Shown here in pieces: positions 10,292 through 21,191 of a stretch of DNA of 64,000 nt (position 1 is the first letter of the stretch; the number at the start of each line of letters is the position of its first letter). The position numbers and the translations under genes were made by a program. Below the pieces are notes generated by a model. It was not told the origin of the DNA and did no database searches. It saw only the letters and a list, made by a program, of their open reading frames with translations. Source of the DNA: an uncultured Candidatus Hydrogenedens sp. (lineage in GTDB: Bacteria > Desulfobacterota_D > UBA1144). The stretch covers positions 15,476 through 79,475 of the forward strand of contig CACLTT010000005.1 of NCBI GenBank assembly GCA_902609885.1, in the 5' to 3' direction.

Positions 10292-11660
10292 AATTTTTAC
10301 TTTCCTTGATTTTATTTTTTAATCTATAACCTATCTGATTTATATCACCAGCACCTACTGTTATTAATTTAGTTTTATATTTATTTTTTTTATATATTCC
10401 GTACATTTTATCAATAATTTTATCAAATTCATTCATATATTGAATATTTATTTTTTTCTTGCTTAAAACCTGTTTAACAAATTCTTTAGAGGAAATTCTC
10501 AATTCTTTATTTTCATGAGCTGAATAAATATCTGTAACTATTACATTTTCCCACTCGCATATTTCTTTTATAAAATCAGAATAACTTTCTTTGAATCTGG
10601 TATATCTATGAGGCTGAAATATAAGATAATTTTTAGAAAGATTTTTACTTTTGTTTAGCATTTCTCTTAAACTGCTAATTGCATTAGGGTGATGAGCATA
10701 ATCGTCATATATTTCAAAATATTTACTCTTAAAAATATTTTCAAATCTTCGTTTTGGTGTCAAAATTTTATTAAGAGATTTATTAATTTTTTTAAAGCTT
10801 ATCCCAAGCTTTATACATACTATTATTGCACCAATTAGATTATAATGGTTGTAAAGTCCTTCTATGCTTGTATAGATTTCCCCTATTTTTTTGTTTTTAT
10901 GATACAGTCCAAATGACCCTGAAACGTTATCTGTAAAGTAATAATCACATTTTTTATTTTTATAACCAAAGGTAGTTATCTTTTTTGAATTAAGTGTTTT
11001 TAAATTTTTTTGAATATTTTTACAATCGAGATTTATTACTACACACTTAGTTGTTTTTTTAATGAAAGATTCAAAAGCCTTAAAAAGTTTTTCTTTAGAT
11101 TCATAGAAATCCATATGATCATAATCTATATTTGTTATAAGCGATATGTCCGGTTTTAAATAGTTAAAGCTATTATCACTCTCATCAGCTTCGATCACAT
11201 TTGTATTAGACTTGCCATAAATAAAATTTGTTTTTAATTTTCTATCTATTGCACCGAGGAATGCATTTATATCCCTTCCACAATTAATAAGAATTTGTGA
11301 AATAAAACTAGTACTTGTGCTTTTTCCATGTGTCCCGGTTATACAAATATTTTTTTTATTCTTTGTGAATTCAGCTAAGGCCTTACCTCTAGAAATTGAA
11401 GTGATTTTTCTTTTTTTGGCTTCAACTAATTCGACATTTGACTCATTTATTGCAGATGAATAAACAACTAAATCCTGATTATTAATGTTTTTTGCTGAAT
11501 GACCAATATTTATATTGACACCTGACTTCCTGAGTTTATTAATAATTGGACCGGATCCAATATCTGAACCTGATAAATGATATTTTTTGGTCAAGAAAAA
11601 TGCTAATGAGCTCATCCCGATTCCACCAATTCCAATAAAGTGAATTTTTTTAATTTTCAT
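10281..11660 (-). CDS. murC: UDP-N-acetylmuramate--L-alanine ligase
   Basis: 459 aa. N-terminal IHFIGIGGIGMSSLA and the Mur-ligase P-loop GTHGKSTSTSF. Confidence 0.93.
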   Translation of the reverse strand: MKIKKIHFIGIGGIGMSSLAFFLTKKYHLSGSDIGSGPIINKLRKSGVNINIGHSAKNINNQDLVVYSSAINESNVELVEAKKRKITSISRGKALAEFTKNKKNICITGTHGKSTSTSFISQILINCGRDINAFLGAIDRKLKTNFIYGKSNTNVIEADESDNSFNYLKPDISLITNIDYDHMDFYESKEKLFKAFESFIKKTTKCVVINLDCKNIQKNLKTLNSKKITTFGYKNKKCDYYFTDNVSGSFGLYHKNKKIGEIYTSIEGLYNHYNLIGAIIVCIKLGISFKKINKSLNKILTPKRRFENIFKSKYFEIYDDYAHHPNAISSLREMLNKSKNLSKNYLIFQPHRYTRFKESYSDFIKEICEWENVIVTDIYSAHENKELRISSKEFVKQVLSKKKINIQYMNEFDKIIDKMYGIYKKNKYKTKLITVGAGDINQIGYRLKNKIKESKNYAR

Positions 11661-12750
11661 AATCTCTCAATATGTCCTCAATAATTATATTAGCTGAGTT
11701 CTTTTTTTTCATTTTTTCTCTTTCTATTTTAAACACGTCATTATTTTTTGGACTTGATAAGTGATTCACAATTATATTTGTTAACTTGTGAAGCTCCTCT
11801 TTCTCAATCCATATTTCTGCTAACTTCTTTTCGCTCATCTCAATGGCATTCCTGTATTGATGATTATTCGTTGAATTAATTAGTGGGACAAGAATAGAAT
11901 GAAGGTTGAATCTAAAACTTTCAAATATTGTTGATGCTCCAGCGCGTGATATTAATAACTTTGTTTGGGCTAGATAATCAAAAATGTTATGTATGAATGG
12001 TTCAACCAAAAAATCTATCCCAACATACTTTGATTTTAGTTTAATGTAAGAACTCTTAATTGTTTCATAATCATTTATTCCAGTTTGATGAACAATAAAA
12101 ATTTTATCAATTCCATTTTTTGCAAGCTTTTGAACTAAACTTTCTACTTGAGTTACAAATTTTAAATTTAAATTATTAGATCCTTGACTTCCACCTGTAA
12201 CAAGAATATCAATATCTTTATGATCCTTGGAAATATTATTATGATTACGAACAGGATATCCTGTTAACATGATTTTCTTTTTTGAAAAAAATTTTCTTGT
12301 TGATTCGAAGCTAATATAAATTTTTTTTGAAATTTTTGATGAGATTTTATTTGCCAATCCTGGTACGGAATTACCTTCTATAATAAAAATATTTTTTTTT
12401 AAGAGGAAGCTAGCTATTGAAACTGGTAGCCAGGTGAAACCCCCTGTACCTATTACAAAATCGGGCTTAAACTTTCTTATGATCAGGATTGACTGATAAG
12501 TTCCTATTAGTAAAGAAAAAACAGATTTGATCTTATCTATTATTTTCTTCCCAACAAAACCTTTTATAAAAATACTTTTTAATTCATAATCGATATCCAT
12601 ATTTGGCATTCCCACATTATAGTTGGTTGAATTAATAAATATTATTTCTGAATTAGCATCTCTTTTTTTTATTTCTTCAGCAATTGATAAACCTGGAAAA
12701 ATATGTCCACCCGTTGCACCTAAGCAAATTAAAAATTTATTTTTTTTCAC
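11650..12750 (-). CDS. murG: UDP-GlcNAc:lipid I N-acetylglucosaminyltransferase
   Basis: 366 aa. GT28 N-terminal glycine loop GATGGHIFPGLSIAEE, in the expected dcw position. Confidence 0.92.
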   Translation of the reverse strand: MKKNKFLICLGATGGHIFPGLSIAEEIKKRDANSEIIFINSTNYNVGMPNMDIDYELKSIFIKGFVGKKIIDKIKSVFSLLIGTYQSILIIRKFKPDFVIGTGGFTWLPVSIASFLLKKNIFIIEGNSVPGLANKISSKISKKIYISFESTRKFFSKKKIMLTGYPVRNHNNISKDHKDIDILVTGGSQGSNNLNLKFVTQVESLVQKLAKNGIDKIFIVHQTGINDYETIKSSYIKLKSKYVGIDFLVEPFIHNIFDYLAQTKLLISRAGASTIFESFRFNLHSILVPLINSTNNHQYRNAIEMSEKKLAEIWIEKEELHKLTNIIVNHLSSPKNNDVFKIEREKMKKKNSANIIIEDILRDYEN

Positions 12751-13853
12751 TTTCTTCTTTTATCGAGCCCTAAAATTAATCCCAATGATCCAAGAGTAAA
12801 AACTAATGAGCTCCCTCCATAACTTATTAGAGGTAAAGGCACCCCTTTTGTTGGCATAAGACCAACAGATACAGAAATATTTATTATTACTTGTATGGTT
12901 GTTATTACCAAAATTCCACAAATTAGATACTTACAAAACAAATCCCTACTTCTTTTTAAAAGCTTTAATATTGAATAAAATAATATTAAAAAAAGAAAAA
13001 TTGTGAATAAACATCCTGCAAAACCTAATTCTTCAGCGATAATGGAAAATATGAAATCATTGTGGCCTTGTGGCAGAAAAAAAAGTTTTTGTGAGCTATT
13101 TCCCAACCCCACACCGAATAGCTTACCATTGGCAAATGAAACAAAAGACTGGATTATTTGATATCCCGTTCCATGAGGATCTTCATATGGGTTAAGAAAA
13201 GCCATTAGCCTCTTAATTCTATATGGTGCTAGAAATATCAAAAATATGAATGATGAACCTAAAAGTAAAAAACTAATTATAATATGCTTTATTTTTGCGC
13301 CTGCAATAATAATCATCAGAAAAATTGTTGATAATAATAGGACTGTATTTCCAAAATCCGGCTGATAGAGGAGCAATACTACATAAGGTAGTGATATGAT
13401 AAATGGAGATAGTATTCCAACTTTAAAAACTTTTATTTTATCTTTTTTAATTATTAAATGCTTGGAAATAAAAATTAATAGAAGATACTTTGAAATTTCA
13501 ATGGGCTGTATAGAAAAGCCAGCAATATTTATCCATCTTGATGCCCCACCAGCAGTTTTTGATAATCCTGGGATTAAAATTAAAAAAAGAATTAGAAAAC
13601 CCAAAAAATAATAAAATTTATAATTTTTTTCTATGTTAAAAGTATTTAAATTACTACTCACTGAAAAAGCAATTAATCCTAAAACAAGATAAATTGTTTG
13701 TTTTTTTAAATAAAAATATGCATCAGCATGATTTTCCATTGCAAAAACAGAGCTAGAACTAAAAACCATAACTAGACCAAAAGCCGATAGTATCAGTATC
13801 GAGAAAATAAATATAATTCTGGGGTCAAAATTTTTAAGTAAATTGTCTAACAT
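12747..13853 (-). CDS. ftsW: SEDS-family peptidoglycan glycosyltransferase FtsW
   Basis: Polytopic membrane protein (QPDFGNTVLL..., GLMPTKGVPLPLISYGGSS). I start it at ATG 13853 (MLDNLLKNF...). The 32 extra upstream codons of the track ORF lie inside murD. Confidence 0.88.
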   Translation of the reverse strand: MLDNLLKNFDPRIIFIFSILILSAFGLVMVFSSSSVFAMENHADAYFYLKKQTIYLVLGLIAFSVSSNLNTFNIEKNYKFYYFLGFLILFLILIPGLSKTAGGASRWINIAGFSIQPIEISKYLLLIFISKHLIIKKDKIKVFKVGILSPFIISLPYVVLLLYQPDFGNTVLLLSTIFLMIIIAGAKIKHIIISFLLLGSSFIFLIFLAPYRIKRLMAFLNPYEDPHGTGYQIIQSFVSFANGKLFGVGLGNSSQKLFFLPQGHNDFIFSIIAEELGFAGCLFTIFLFLILFYSILKLLKRSRDLFCKYLICGILVITTIQVIINISVSVGLMPTKGVPLPLISYGGSSLVFTLGSLGLILGLDKRRK

Positions 13854-15078
13854 AAGAATTGAACGACTTCCCCCTTTCAATATATGATTTAAATTGATCA
13901 AAACTAGAGGTTCCTGGGCTAAACAAAACAATATCATTAGGTTTTGCATGATCTAAACTATTTTGAACGGCAGATTTTAAATCTACACATATTTCATAAT
14001 TTATATCATTTAAGTATTTTGATATTTTGAATTTATTTTCGCCATACAGAAACAACTTTTTTACTTTTCTTTTTATGATTTTTTTTATACTCATATAATC
14101 TAAGTTTTTATCTTTACCACCCATAATTAAATAAATTTTCTTGTCAAATGAATCTAAAGCTTTCGCGGTAGCTCCAGGTGAAGTTGATTTTGAATCATTG
14201 TATATATATGGTTTGTTGAAAATTTTTTCTAACCTAAAAGGCGGGGGCGCAAACTTATAAAGGCAATCCAAGGCTTTTTTATTTGGCTCAGTGAAAATTG
14301 AAAGAATTTCTAATGAATTTATTATATTAGTAAAGTTATGTCTCCCAATTAGATTTAGTTTATTTTTATCAATTTTAATTTTCTTATATATTATGAATTT
14401 TTTATTCTCATTTAAGCTGCTATTGATAAAATTAATTTTTTTTAATTTAAAAAATCTATTATTATCTTTGATATTTTTTATATTTGAAATAAAATATGAA
14501 TTTCTTTTTTGATTAGAAAATATTTTGTATTTTGACTCATAATACTCCTTGAGATTTTTATGATGATCAAGATGATTTGGGGAAAGATTCGTTATCAGAG
14601 AAATAAAAGGACTGAATTTATTTTTTATAAATTGTAATTGAAAACTACTACATTCAACTAAATATAAATCATATTTAATTGATTTATCTAAGGATGATAT
14701 TAATGGTTTGCCTATGTTTCCACCCAAGAAAACCTTTTTACCCAAATCCTTCAATAATGCATACGTTAATAAACAAGTTGTTGTTTTTCCATTTGTTCCA
14801 GTGATTGCAATTAGTGGTTTTTTTAAATAAACTGAAGCAAATTCGATTTCACTTAAAATATCAATTTTTTTATTTATAGCAAGTTTTACATTATCATTTG
14901 ATTTTGGAATCCCTGGGCTTAGTACAATTTTCGATGTGTTTTTAATTAATTTTTCAAATTTGTTTCTCCTATCTTTATTATCATCAAAAGTAAAATATTT
15001 GATTTTATTATTTTCACAAAATTTTTTTACTGCTTTTCCAGTTGTCCCCATTCCGTAAATTAATATTTTTTTCTCCAT
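13834..15078 (-). CDS. murD: UDP-N-acetylmuramoylalanine--D-glutamate ligase
   Basis: P-loop GITGTNGKTTT. I start it at ATG 15078 (MEKKILIYGMGTTGKA), directly after the mraY stop. The longer track ORF would overlap mraY by 58 nt. Confidence 0.9.
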   Translation of the reverse strand: MEKKILIYGMGTTGKAVKKFCENNKIKYFTFDDNKDRRNKFEKLIKNTSKIVLSPGIPKSNDNVKLAINKKIDILSEIEFASVYLKKPLIAITGTNGKTTTCLLTYALLKDLGKKVFLGGNIGKPLISSLDKSIKYDLYLVECSSFQLQFIKNKFSPFISLITNLSPNHLDHHKNLKEYYESKYKIFSNQKRNSYFISNIKNIKDNNRFFKLKKINFINSSLNENKKFIIYKKIKIDKNKLNLIGRHNFTNIINSLEILSIFTEPNKKALDCLYKFAPPPFRLEKIFNKPYIYNDSKSTSPGATAKALDSFDKKIYLIMGGKDKNLDYMSIKKIIKRKVKKLFLYGENKFKISKYLNDINYEICVDLKSAVQNSLDHAKPNDIVLFSPGTSSFDQFKSYIERGKSFNSYVRQFT

Positions 15079-15080
15079 GA

Positions 15081-16175
15081 TTATCTTATTTTGATTGTTG
15101 CGATTGCAATTAATGAAAATAAAACTCCTATTATCCAAAATCTAATTACAATTTTCGACTCAGCTATGCCTAACCTTTCGAAGTGGTGATGAATAGGTGC
15201 AATAAGAAAAATTCTCTTTTTGAATAATCTAAAAGACAAAATTTGTAAAATTACCGAAAATGCCTCAATCACAAATACGCCTCCAATTATTATTAGAAGG
15301 AATTCCTGCTTTATCAATATTGCAATAATACCTAGAGTCCCACCAAGTGGAATTGATCCTGCATCACCCATAAATATTTGTGCAGGGTTTGAGTTAAACC
15401 AAAGAAATCCAAGTAGTGCTCCAACTAAACATGATATAAAAACAGAAATTTCACCTACATCACTTATGAAAGGAATATATAGATAAGATGAATATAAAAA
15501 ATTTCCAGCAACATAGGATAATAAAGCCAAGGTTGTAAATGAAATTATTAAATTCCCCGAAGCTAGACCATCTAAACCGTCAGTAAAATTTACAGCATTC
15601 GCTGAGCCTAAAATAATTAGAATCATTAGAAAATAATATAATATTCCAATATTAAAAATTTCTTTTGTAAAAGGTAGAGTGATATATTCTATGTTGAATA
15701 GACTATCTAAATATTGAAATGGTCCAGTAAATTTTTGTATAAAGTATATAACAGTAATAGATATTAAAAGTTGTATAACTAATTTGGTTTTAATATTAAA
15801 ACCTTTACCATTTTTAATTTTATAATAATCATCTATAAAACCTGATATAAAAAATCCTAGAAATGAAAAAATTAAAATTAATATTTTGAAGTTATCTAAA
15901 TTACCAAATAGAATTATGGATATCATTACTGAAAATGATATGAGTACGCCGCCCATATTTGGGGTTCCTTTCTTAAGTTTATGTTCATTATCAAGATATT
16001 TATTAATATTCTCTTTAGATTTAATTTTTAATAAAAATTGAATAAAGCTTTTTCCAATTGTTAAAATAAATATAAAGGAAAATGCGCCACCCATTAATGA
16101 TCGAAAAGTAATATATTGAAATATATTTAAAAAATTAAATATGTGTAAATAATTTTCAAATAAAAAATAAAACAT
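15081..16175 (-). CDS. mraY: phospho-N-acetylmuramoyl-pentapeptide transferase
   Basis: 364 aa polytopic membrane protein with motifs NAVNFTDGLDGLA and MGDAGSIPLGG. Confidence 0.95.
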   Translation of the reverse strand: MFYFLFENYLHIFNFLNIFQYITFRSLMGGAFSFIFILTIGKSFIQFLLKIKSKENINKYLDNEHKLKKGTPNMGGVLISFSVMISIILFGNLDNFKILILIFSFLGFFISGFIDDYYKIKNGKGFNIKTKLVIQLLISITVIYFIQKFTGPFQYLDSLFNIEYITLPFTKEIFNIGILYYFLMILIILGSANAVNFTDGLDGLASGNLIISFTTLALLSYVAGNFLYSSYLYIPFISDVGEISVFISCLVGALLGFLWFNSNPAQIFMGDAGSIPLGGTLGIIAILIKQEFLLIIIGGVFVIEAFSVILQILSFRLFKKRIFLIAPIHHHFERLGIAESKIVIRFWIIGVLFSLIAIATIKIR

Positions 16176-17533
16176 TACGCTCCAATATATTCCAAAATAT
16201 TTTCCATTTTGGATCCTCTAGATCCTTTAATAAGAATAACAGTGTCATTTATTTTTTTTAAATTTATGTAGTTTGCAATTTCGGAATGATTATTAATTTT
16301 TTCCAATTCAATTTTTCCAGATATACCTCTTTTATAATTATCATAATTATTACCGTAGATAAAAACTCTATCAAAACTATTTTTTACAAGATTGATACCT
16401 AATTTTTCATGTTCATCTTTTTCAATTTTACCTAACTCAAGCATATCACCTAAAATTGCGATTTTGGTTTTTGAAGGAAATATTTTATTAGTCATCTCAA
16501 GAGCATTTAACATAGAATTTGGGTTGGCGTTATAAGTATCATTAATGACAATATTTTCATTATCATATTCTAAAATTTTAAATCTATTTTCAATTCCATT
16601 GAAGCTTTCCAGCCCAACTTTAATATTTTCTAAGTCTATATTTAATATTGAGGCTATCGATGCTGCACATAAAGAATTGTAAATATTGCTTATACCAACT
16701 GCCTTTAAATTGATATTGATTTTTTTGTTTTCATGAATGATTGTAAATTTCTTAAAATCATTACTAATATCTATTGCTTTAAAATCACTATCATGGTTTA
16801 TTGAAAAAGAAATTTTATTAAAATTAAAATCTTTATATTTTTCATTCAAATAACGATCATCCAAATTAAAAATAAAAGTTGAGTTTCTAGAAAAATTTTT
16901 AGTAATATTAAATTTTTCTTTAAAAATTTGATCCTTATTTTTTAATTTTAGCGTATGCCCTTTTCCAATATTTGTGATAGTGGCAATATCTGGGTTTGCA
17001 ATATTCGTCAATTTTTCAATATCTCCAAAACTATTGGTACCCATTTCAAGTATCAGAACCTCTGTTAATTCATCCATATTCAAAACAGTAATTGGTAAGC
17101 CTAGATTATTATTAAAGTTTCCTTGAGTGCAATGAGTTTTATATTTAGTACATATAATAGAGTTGGTGAACTCTTTAGTTGAGGTTTTCCCATTTGTCCC
17201 TGTAATTCCAATCACAATAATTTTTTCTTCTGAAGAAAGGATATATTTTGCAAAGTCCTCTAAAAATTTTTCACTATTTTTTACACTAATAAGTCTATTA
17301 CCTATGGTTATCTCTCCAATGCAAATAGATGCACCTTTTTGTATACATTCTTTTATGTATTCGTTTCCATTATAATTTTCACCCTTCAAAGCAATAAATA
17401 AGTCATTTTTACTCAATTTTCTTGAATCTGTTGTTAGATTACCTATTTCGTCAAAATTACAATCTTCAGAAATTTTTATTGCATCATTATAATTTTCTAT
17501 AAAATCTTTTAAATATTTTTTAAATACTTTCAT
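16175..17533 (-). CDS. murF: UDP-MurNAc-tripeptide--D-alanyl-D-alanine ligase
   Basis: 452 aa. Mur-ligase P-loop GITGTNGKTSTKEF. It lies between murE and mraY. Confidence 0.9.
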   Translation of the reverse strand: MKVFKKYLKDFIENYNDAIKISEDCNFDEIGNLTTDSRKLSKNDLFIALKGENYNGNEYIKECIQKGASICIGEITIGNRLISVKNSEKFLEDFAKYILSSEEKIIVIGITGTNGKTSTKEFTNSIICTKYKTHCTQGNFNNNLGLPITVLNMDELTEVLILEMGTNSFGDIEKLTNIANPDIATITNIGKGHTLKLKNKDQIFKEKFNITKNFSRNSTFIFNLDDRYLNEKYKDFNFNKISFSINHDSDFKAIDISNDFKKFTIIHENKKININLKAVGISNIYNSLCAASIASILNIDLENIKVGLESFNGIENRFKILEYDNENIVINDTYNANPNSMLNALEMTNKIFPSKTKIAILGDMLELGKIEKDEHEKLGINLVKNSFDRVFIYGNNYDNYKRGISGKIELEKINNHSEIANYINLKKINDTVILIKGSRGSKMENILEYIGA

Positions 17534-18978
17534 TTTCTATAAAACTTTTTTACAACATTGTGATCGGAAAAAGACATTTTCTCCCCATTAATCTCTTGAT
17601 AGTCTTCATGCCCTTTGCCTGCTATCAAAATTACTGATTTATTATTTAATTTTTTTAAACCAGATATTATTGCTTTTTCACGATTCATTATTGTGATCAC
17701 CTTATCTTTTGATTTAATACCCTTTTTTATATCACCAATAATTTTTGTTGGCATCTCATAGCGAGGATTATCATTGGTTAAAATTATAAAATCTGAATAT
17801 TTTTCAGCTATTGAACCCATTTTGCTACGTTTTCCAATGTCTCTATTCCCACCACATCCAAAAACTAATATAATTTTATGATTTATATATTCACATATTA
17901 TGGCTTTTAGACTTTTTTCTAGTGCATCAGGGGTATGAGCATAATCAATAAATATTTTTAATTTGTTGAGTGTAACTGGCTCAAGTCTTCCAATTGCTCC
18001 CTTAAATTTTTTTATTCTTTCAAAAGTCTCATAATATGGTTTTTTCCAAATCATCGAATAAGCAAAAGATGCTAAAATATTTTGAAAATTATATGTTCCA
18101 AACATTTTCGTTTTTAATAAAAAAATATTTTTATTATTTTTGATGTATAGTTCGTTATATATATTTTTTTTAATTGTTTCTTTTAAAAAAAAATCCGCAT
18201 TAGAGTCTTTGATAGAATAAGAAAAATATTTAATACCTTTTATTTTATTTTCAAGAATCCTTTTTCCATATTTATCATCAATATTTATAATGGCATATTT
18301 TCTTTTTTTTATACTTCTCTTTAAATAGTAATCAAACAATAATTGTTTGGACAAGAAATAATTATTCATCGTTTTATGATAATCTAAATGATCTTGAGTT
18401 ATGTTAGTAAATATTGCTGTATCAAAATGAATTGAAGAAACTCTTTTTTGTTCTAGAGCATGTGAAGATACTTCTAAAAAGATCTCGTCTATTTTTGATT
18501 TGGACATTTTACTAATTAATTTATTTAGTTGTAATGTATCTGGTGTGGTAAGATTAGATTTAGTTTTATGATGACCATAAGAATTTTCAATCGTTCCTAT
18601 CAAGCCAGAATTTTTTATACCCCATATGTATCTTAGCAATGTAGCTATCGACGTTTTGCCATTAGTTCCAGTTATACCGCAAATTTTTACTTTCTTTGAT
18701 GGATAATTATTTATCCTACTGCATTCATCGGAATAAAATTTTCTAATATCATCACTAAAAATTTTTATAATCTTATTATTATTGATTTTATTTAATTCTT
18801 TCTTGTTATTACTTATTATAATTTTTGCGCCTTTTTCAATTGCCTCGTTAATATATTTATTTCCATCTGTATTTGATCCTTTTATTGCAAAAAAGACTGA
18901 ATTTTTTTTAATATCTTTAGTAGAATTAGTTATGTCTGATATTTTTTTTAATTTTAGGTAAGATTCAGTTTTAAACAT
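17530..18978 (-). CDS. murE: UDP-MurNAc-L-Ala-D-Glu--2,6-diaminopimelate ligase
   Basis: P-loop GITGTNGKTSIATLL and the MurE DNPR motif (TNDNPRYE). I prefer ATG 18978 as the start. TTG at 18996 is an alternative. Confidence 0.9.
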   Translation of the reverse strand: MFKTESYLKLKKISDITNSTKDIKKNSVFFAIKGSNTDGNKYINEAIEKGAKIIISNNKKELNKINNNKIIKIFSDDIRKFYSDECSRINNYPSKKVKICGITGTNGKTSIATLLRYIWGIKNSGLIGTIENSYGHHKTKSNLTTPDTLQLNKLISKMSKSKIDEIFLEVSSHALEQKRVSSIHFDTAIFTNITQDHLDYHKTMNNYFLSKQLLFDYYLKRSIKKRKYAIINIDDKYGKRILENKIKGIKYFSYSIKDSNADFFLKETIKKNIYNELYIKNNKNIFLLKTKMFGTYNFQNILASFAYSMIWKKPYYETFERIKKFKGAIGRLEPVTLNKLKIFIDYAHTPDALEKSLKAIICEYINHKIILVFGCGGNRDIGKRSKMGSIAEKYSDFIILTNDNPRYEMPTKIIGDIKKGIKSKDKVITIMNREKAIISGLKKLNNKSVILIAGKGHEDYQEINGEKMSFSDHNVVKKFYRK

Positions 18979-18979
18979 C

Positions 18980-20875
18980 CTAAATTCCAGGTTCAAGAAA
19001 AATATTAATTTCCTCTAAATATGAAATTTTTTCTCCAGGCGCTGGCTCTTGTCTTTTAACAAAACCATTCCCATATATTTTAATTTTAATTTTGTTTTCT
19101 TTCGCTAATCTAATTGCTTCTTTTTTTGCTTTTCCAATAAACGATGGAGCATCTCGACTTTCTGAAATCCTTGTGGTGGTCTCTTCATCAATCATAATTT
19201 TTTCGATGGTTCTTTTAAAAGTTGGTGCAGCCCATCTACCACCATATGCATTAGGGCCTTTTGGATAGTCTATTGTGATAACTGTGACGAGCTTAGGTTG
19301 TTCAGTTGGAGCAAATCCTATGAATGAAACCATAAATCTTTTTTTATGATATTTACCACTTTCAGCATATTGTGCAGTGCCTGTCTTCCCTGATACATCA
19401 AGACCTTTAATATTTGCTCTAAAAGCAGACCCAGTTTGAACAACCTCCTTCAACATGTCTCTTATTATTTTAGTAGTTTTATATTTCAATATCCTTTTTT
19501 CTTTTTTTGGTTTAAACGAATAAATTATTTCCCCATCAGCCTTTTCAATTTTTTTTACAATATGTGGTTCAATAAAAATTCCGCCATTTGCAATTATAGA
19601 CAATGCTTGTGCTAATTGTAATGAAGATACTGACAATCCTTGACCAAAACTAATATTTGCCAATTTAATTTTACTCCATTTATCAGGAGTAGTTAATAAG
19701 CCCATACCTTCTCCAGGCAAACCAATATTAGTTTTTTGGCCAAATCCAAAAGACTTAAGATATTCATAGTATTTTTCACCTGTTAATTTTTCTATAATTT
19801 TCGATGCGCCGATATTGCTCGAGAATCTGAGAATACCTTCTGGATCAAGTTTACCTTTTGGATTTACATCTCTAATTGTATGACCCCCAATCTTTCTTTT
19901 ACCATTTTCACAATCAATAATAGTTGTCTCATTAATATTGTTATTGTCTAAAGCAGATGCAACAAGGAAGCTCTTCATAATCGATCCAGGTTCAAACAAA
20001 TTCCATACGGGTAAGTTTTTCTTAGATAGTTCATCATATATTGTAAAATTATTAGGATTAAAAAAAGGATACGACGCCATTGCATAAATTTCACCTGTAT
20101 TTGGATTCATTATAACTCCATAGCCTCTTAAAGATTCTGAGTCTTTTACCGTTTTTTCTAATTCCTCTTCCAATATAAATTGGTATTTACTATTTATCGT
20201 TAATGTTAAATTAGATCCAGAATTATTCGGAGAGGCGTTAATTGAATTCCCCGCAATGACTTTCCCATTTCCATCTTTATAAATATTTATAGTTTTTTTC
20301 TTACCTGATAATAACTTATTATATTCATATTCTATCCCTTCCATTCCAAGTTGATCAATATTTGTATGCCCTAATAATTGTCCAGCTAAATGATCTGATG
20401 GATATATTCTTTTTGACTCCATTTGGATTCCAACAAATTTCAGATTTAATTTTTGAATTTTCTTTCCAATTTTAGGATCTATTAATCTTTTAATCCATAT
20501 AAAATATTTTTTAGAATCTAATTTTTTTCTAACATAGTTATATTCTAAACTCAGTTCTTTAGATAAAATTTTAGCGTACTTATCTTTATCTTTATTTTTG
20601 ATTTGCCTAGGATTTATAAATATTGATGGATATTTTACACTTGTTGCAAGAATTTCTCCGTTTGTATCATAAATATTTCCTCTTTCACCTGATAATATAA
20701 AAGGATTACTTTTACCTGCAGAAAATTTTAGCGGTGCTTCATTATCTATTATGCCAAGATAGAAAATCTTGCCAATTATTATTAAAAATATAATTAAGAA
20801 TAAAGTGTTAATTATTCTAACTCTTTTTATAAAGTTATTATCCTCTTTTTTTAATGAATTAATTAACTTACTCAT
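18980..20875 (-). CDS. ftsI: penicillin-binding protein 3 (division transpeptidase)
   Basis: 631 aa. N-terminal TM helix and transpeptidase motifs SxxK (PGSIMKSF), SSN (RFSSNIG) and KTG (SGKTGTA). Confidence 0.93.
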   Translation of the reverse strand: MSKLINSLKKEDNNFIKRVRIINTLFLIIFLIIIGKIFYLGIIDNEAPLKFSAGKSNPFILSGERGNIYDTNGEILATSVKYPSIFINPRQIKNKDKDKYAKILSKELSLEYNYVRKKLDSKKYFIWIKRLIDPKIGKKIQKLNLKFVGIQMESKRIYPSDHLAGQLLGHTNIDQLGMEGIEYEYNKLLSGKKKTINIYKDGNGKVIAGNSINASPNNSGSNLTLTINSKYQFILEEELEKTVKDSESLRGYGVIMNPNTGEIYAMASYPFFNPNNFTIYDELSKKNLPVWNLFEPGSIMKSFLVASALDNNNINETTIIDCENGKRKIGGHTIRDVNPKGKLDPEGILRFSSNIGASKIIEKLTGEKYYEYLKSFGFGQKTNIGLPGEGMGLLTTPDKWSKIKLANISFGQGLSVSSLQLAQALSIIANGGIFIEPHIVKKIEKADGEIIYSFKPKKEKRILKYKTTKIIRDMLKEVVQTGSAFRANIKGLDVSGKTGTAQYAESGKYHKKRFMVSFIGFAPTEQPKLVTVITIDYPKGPNAYGGRWAAPTFKRTIEKIMIDEETTTRISESRDAPSFIGKAKKEAIRLAKENKIKIKIYGNGFVKRQEPAPGEKISYLEEINIFLEPGI

Positions 20876-21191
20876 AAATCAATATTTTAATATCCTCTTT
20901 TTTTGGAAATTTCATTTTATTTTTTTGTGCTATTTTTTTTAGTCTTGAATTGGACTTAAGTTTTGATATTTCTGAATGTAATATTTTATTTTCTAACTTA
21001 ATTTCTTTTGATATTTCATTATTGGCTGCAAGTTCATATCCTATTTTTGTAATGTAGGCTCTAGTTGAAATTATTAATAATAGTAAAGCTACTATTACAA
21101 AGAAATAATATGATTTACTAAAGATAGTTTTTATTATCTTATAAATTTTGGATTTGTTTCTTATCAATCCAATATTATTTACATCAATCAT
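20868..21191 (-). CDS. ftsL: cell division protein FtsL
   Basis: 107-aa bitopic protein with one TM helix (YYFFVIVALLLLIISTRAY) followed by a coiled-coil-like segment. The call rests on its position between rsmH and ftsI. Confidence 0.7.
   Translation of the reverse strand: MIDVNNIGLIRNKSKIYKIIKTIFSKSYYFFVIVALLLLIISTRAYITKIGYELAANNEISKEIKLENKILHSEISKLKSNSRLKKIAQKNKMKFPKKEDIKILIYE

Noticed and set aside
13854-13949. N-terminal extensions of the track ORFs for ftsW (13854-13949) and murD (15079-15138)
   Set aside because: The extensions lie entirely inside the upstream genes (murD and mraY) and encode non-conserved sequence. Internal ATGs placed right at the upstream stop codons give canonical N-termini.
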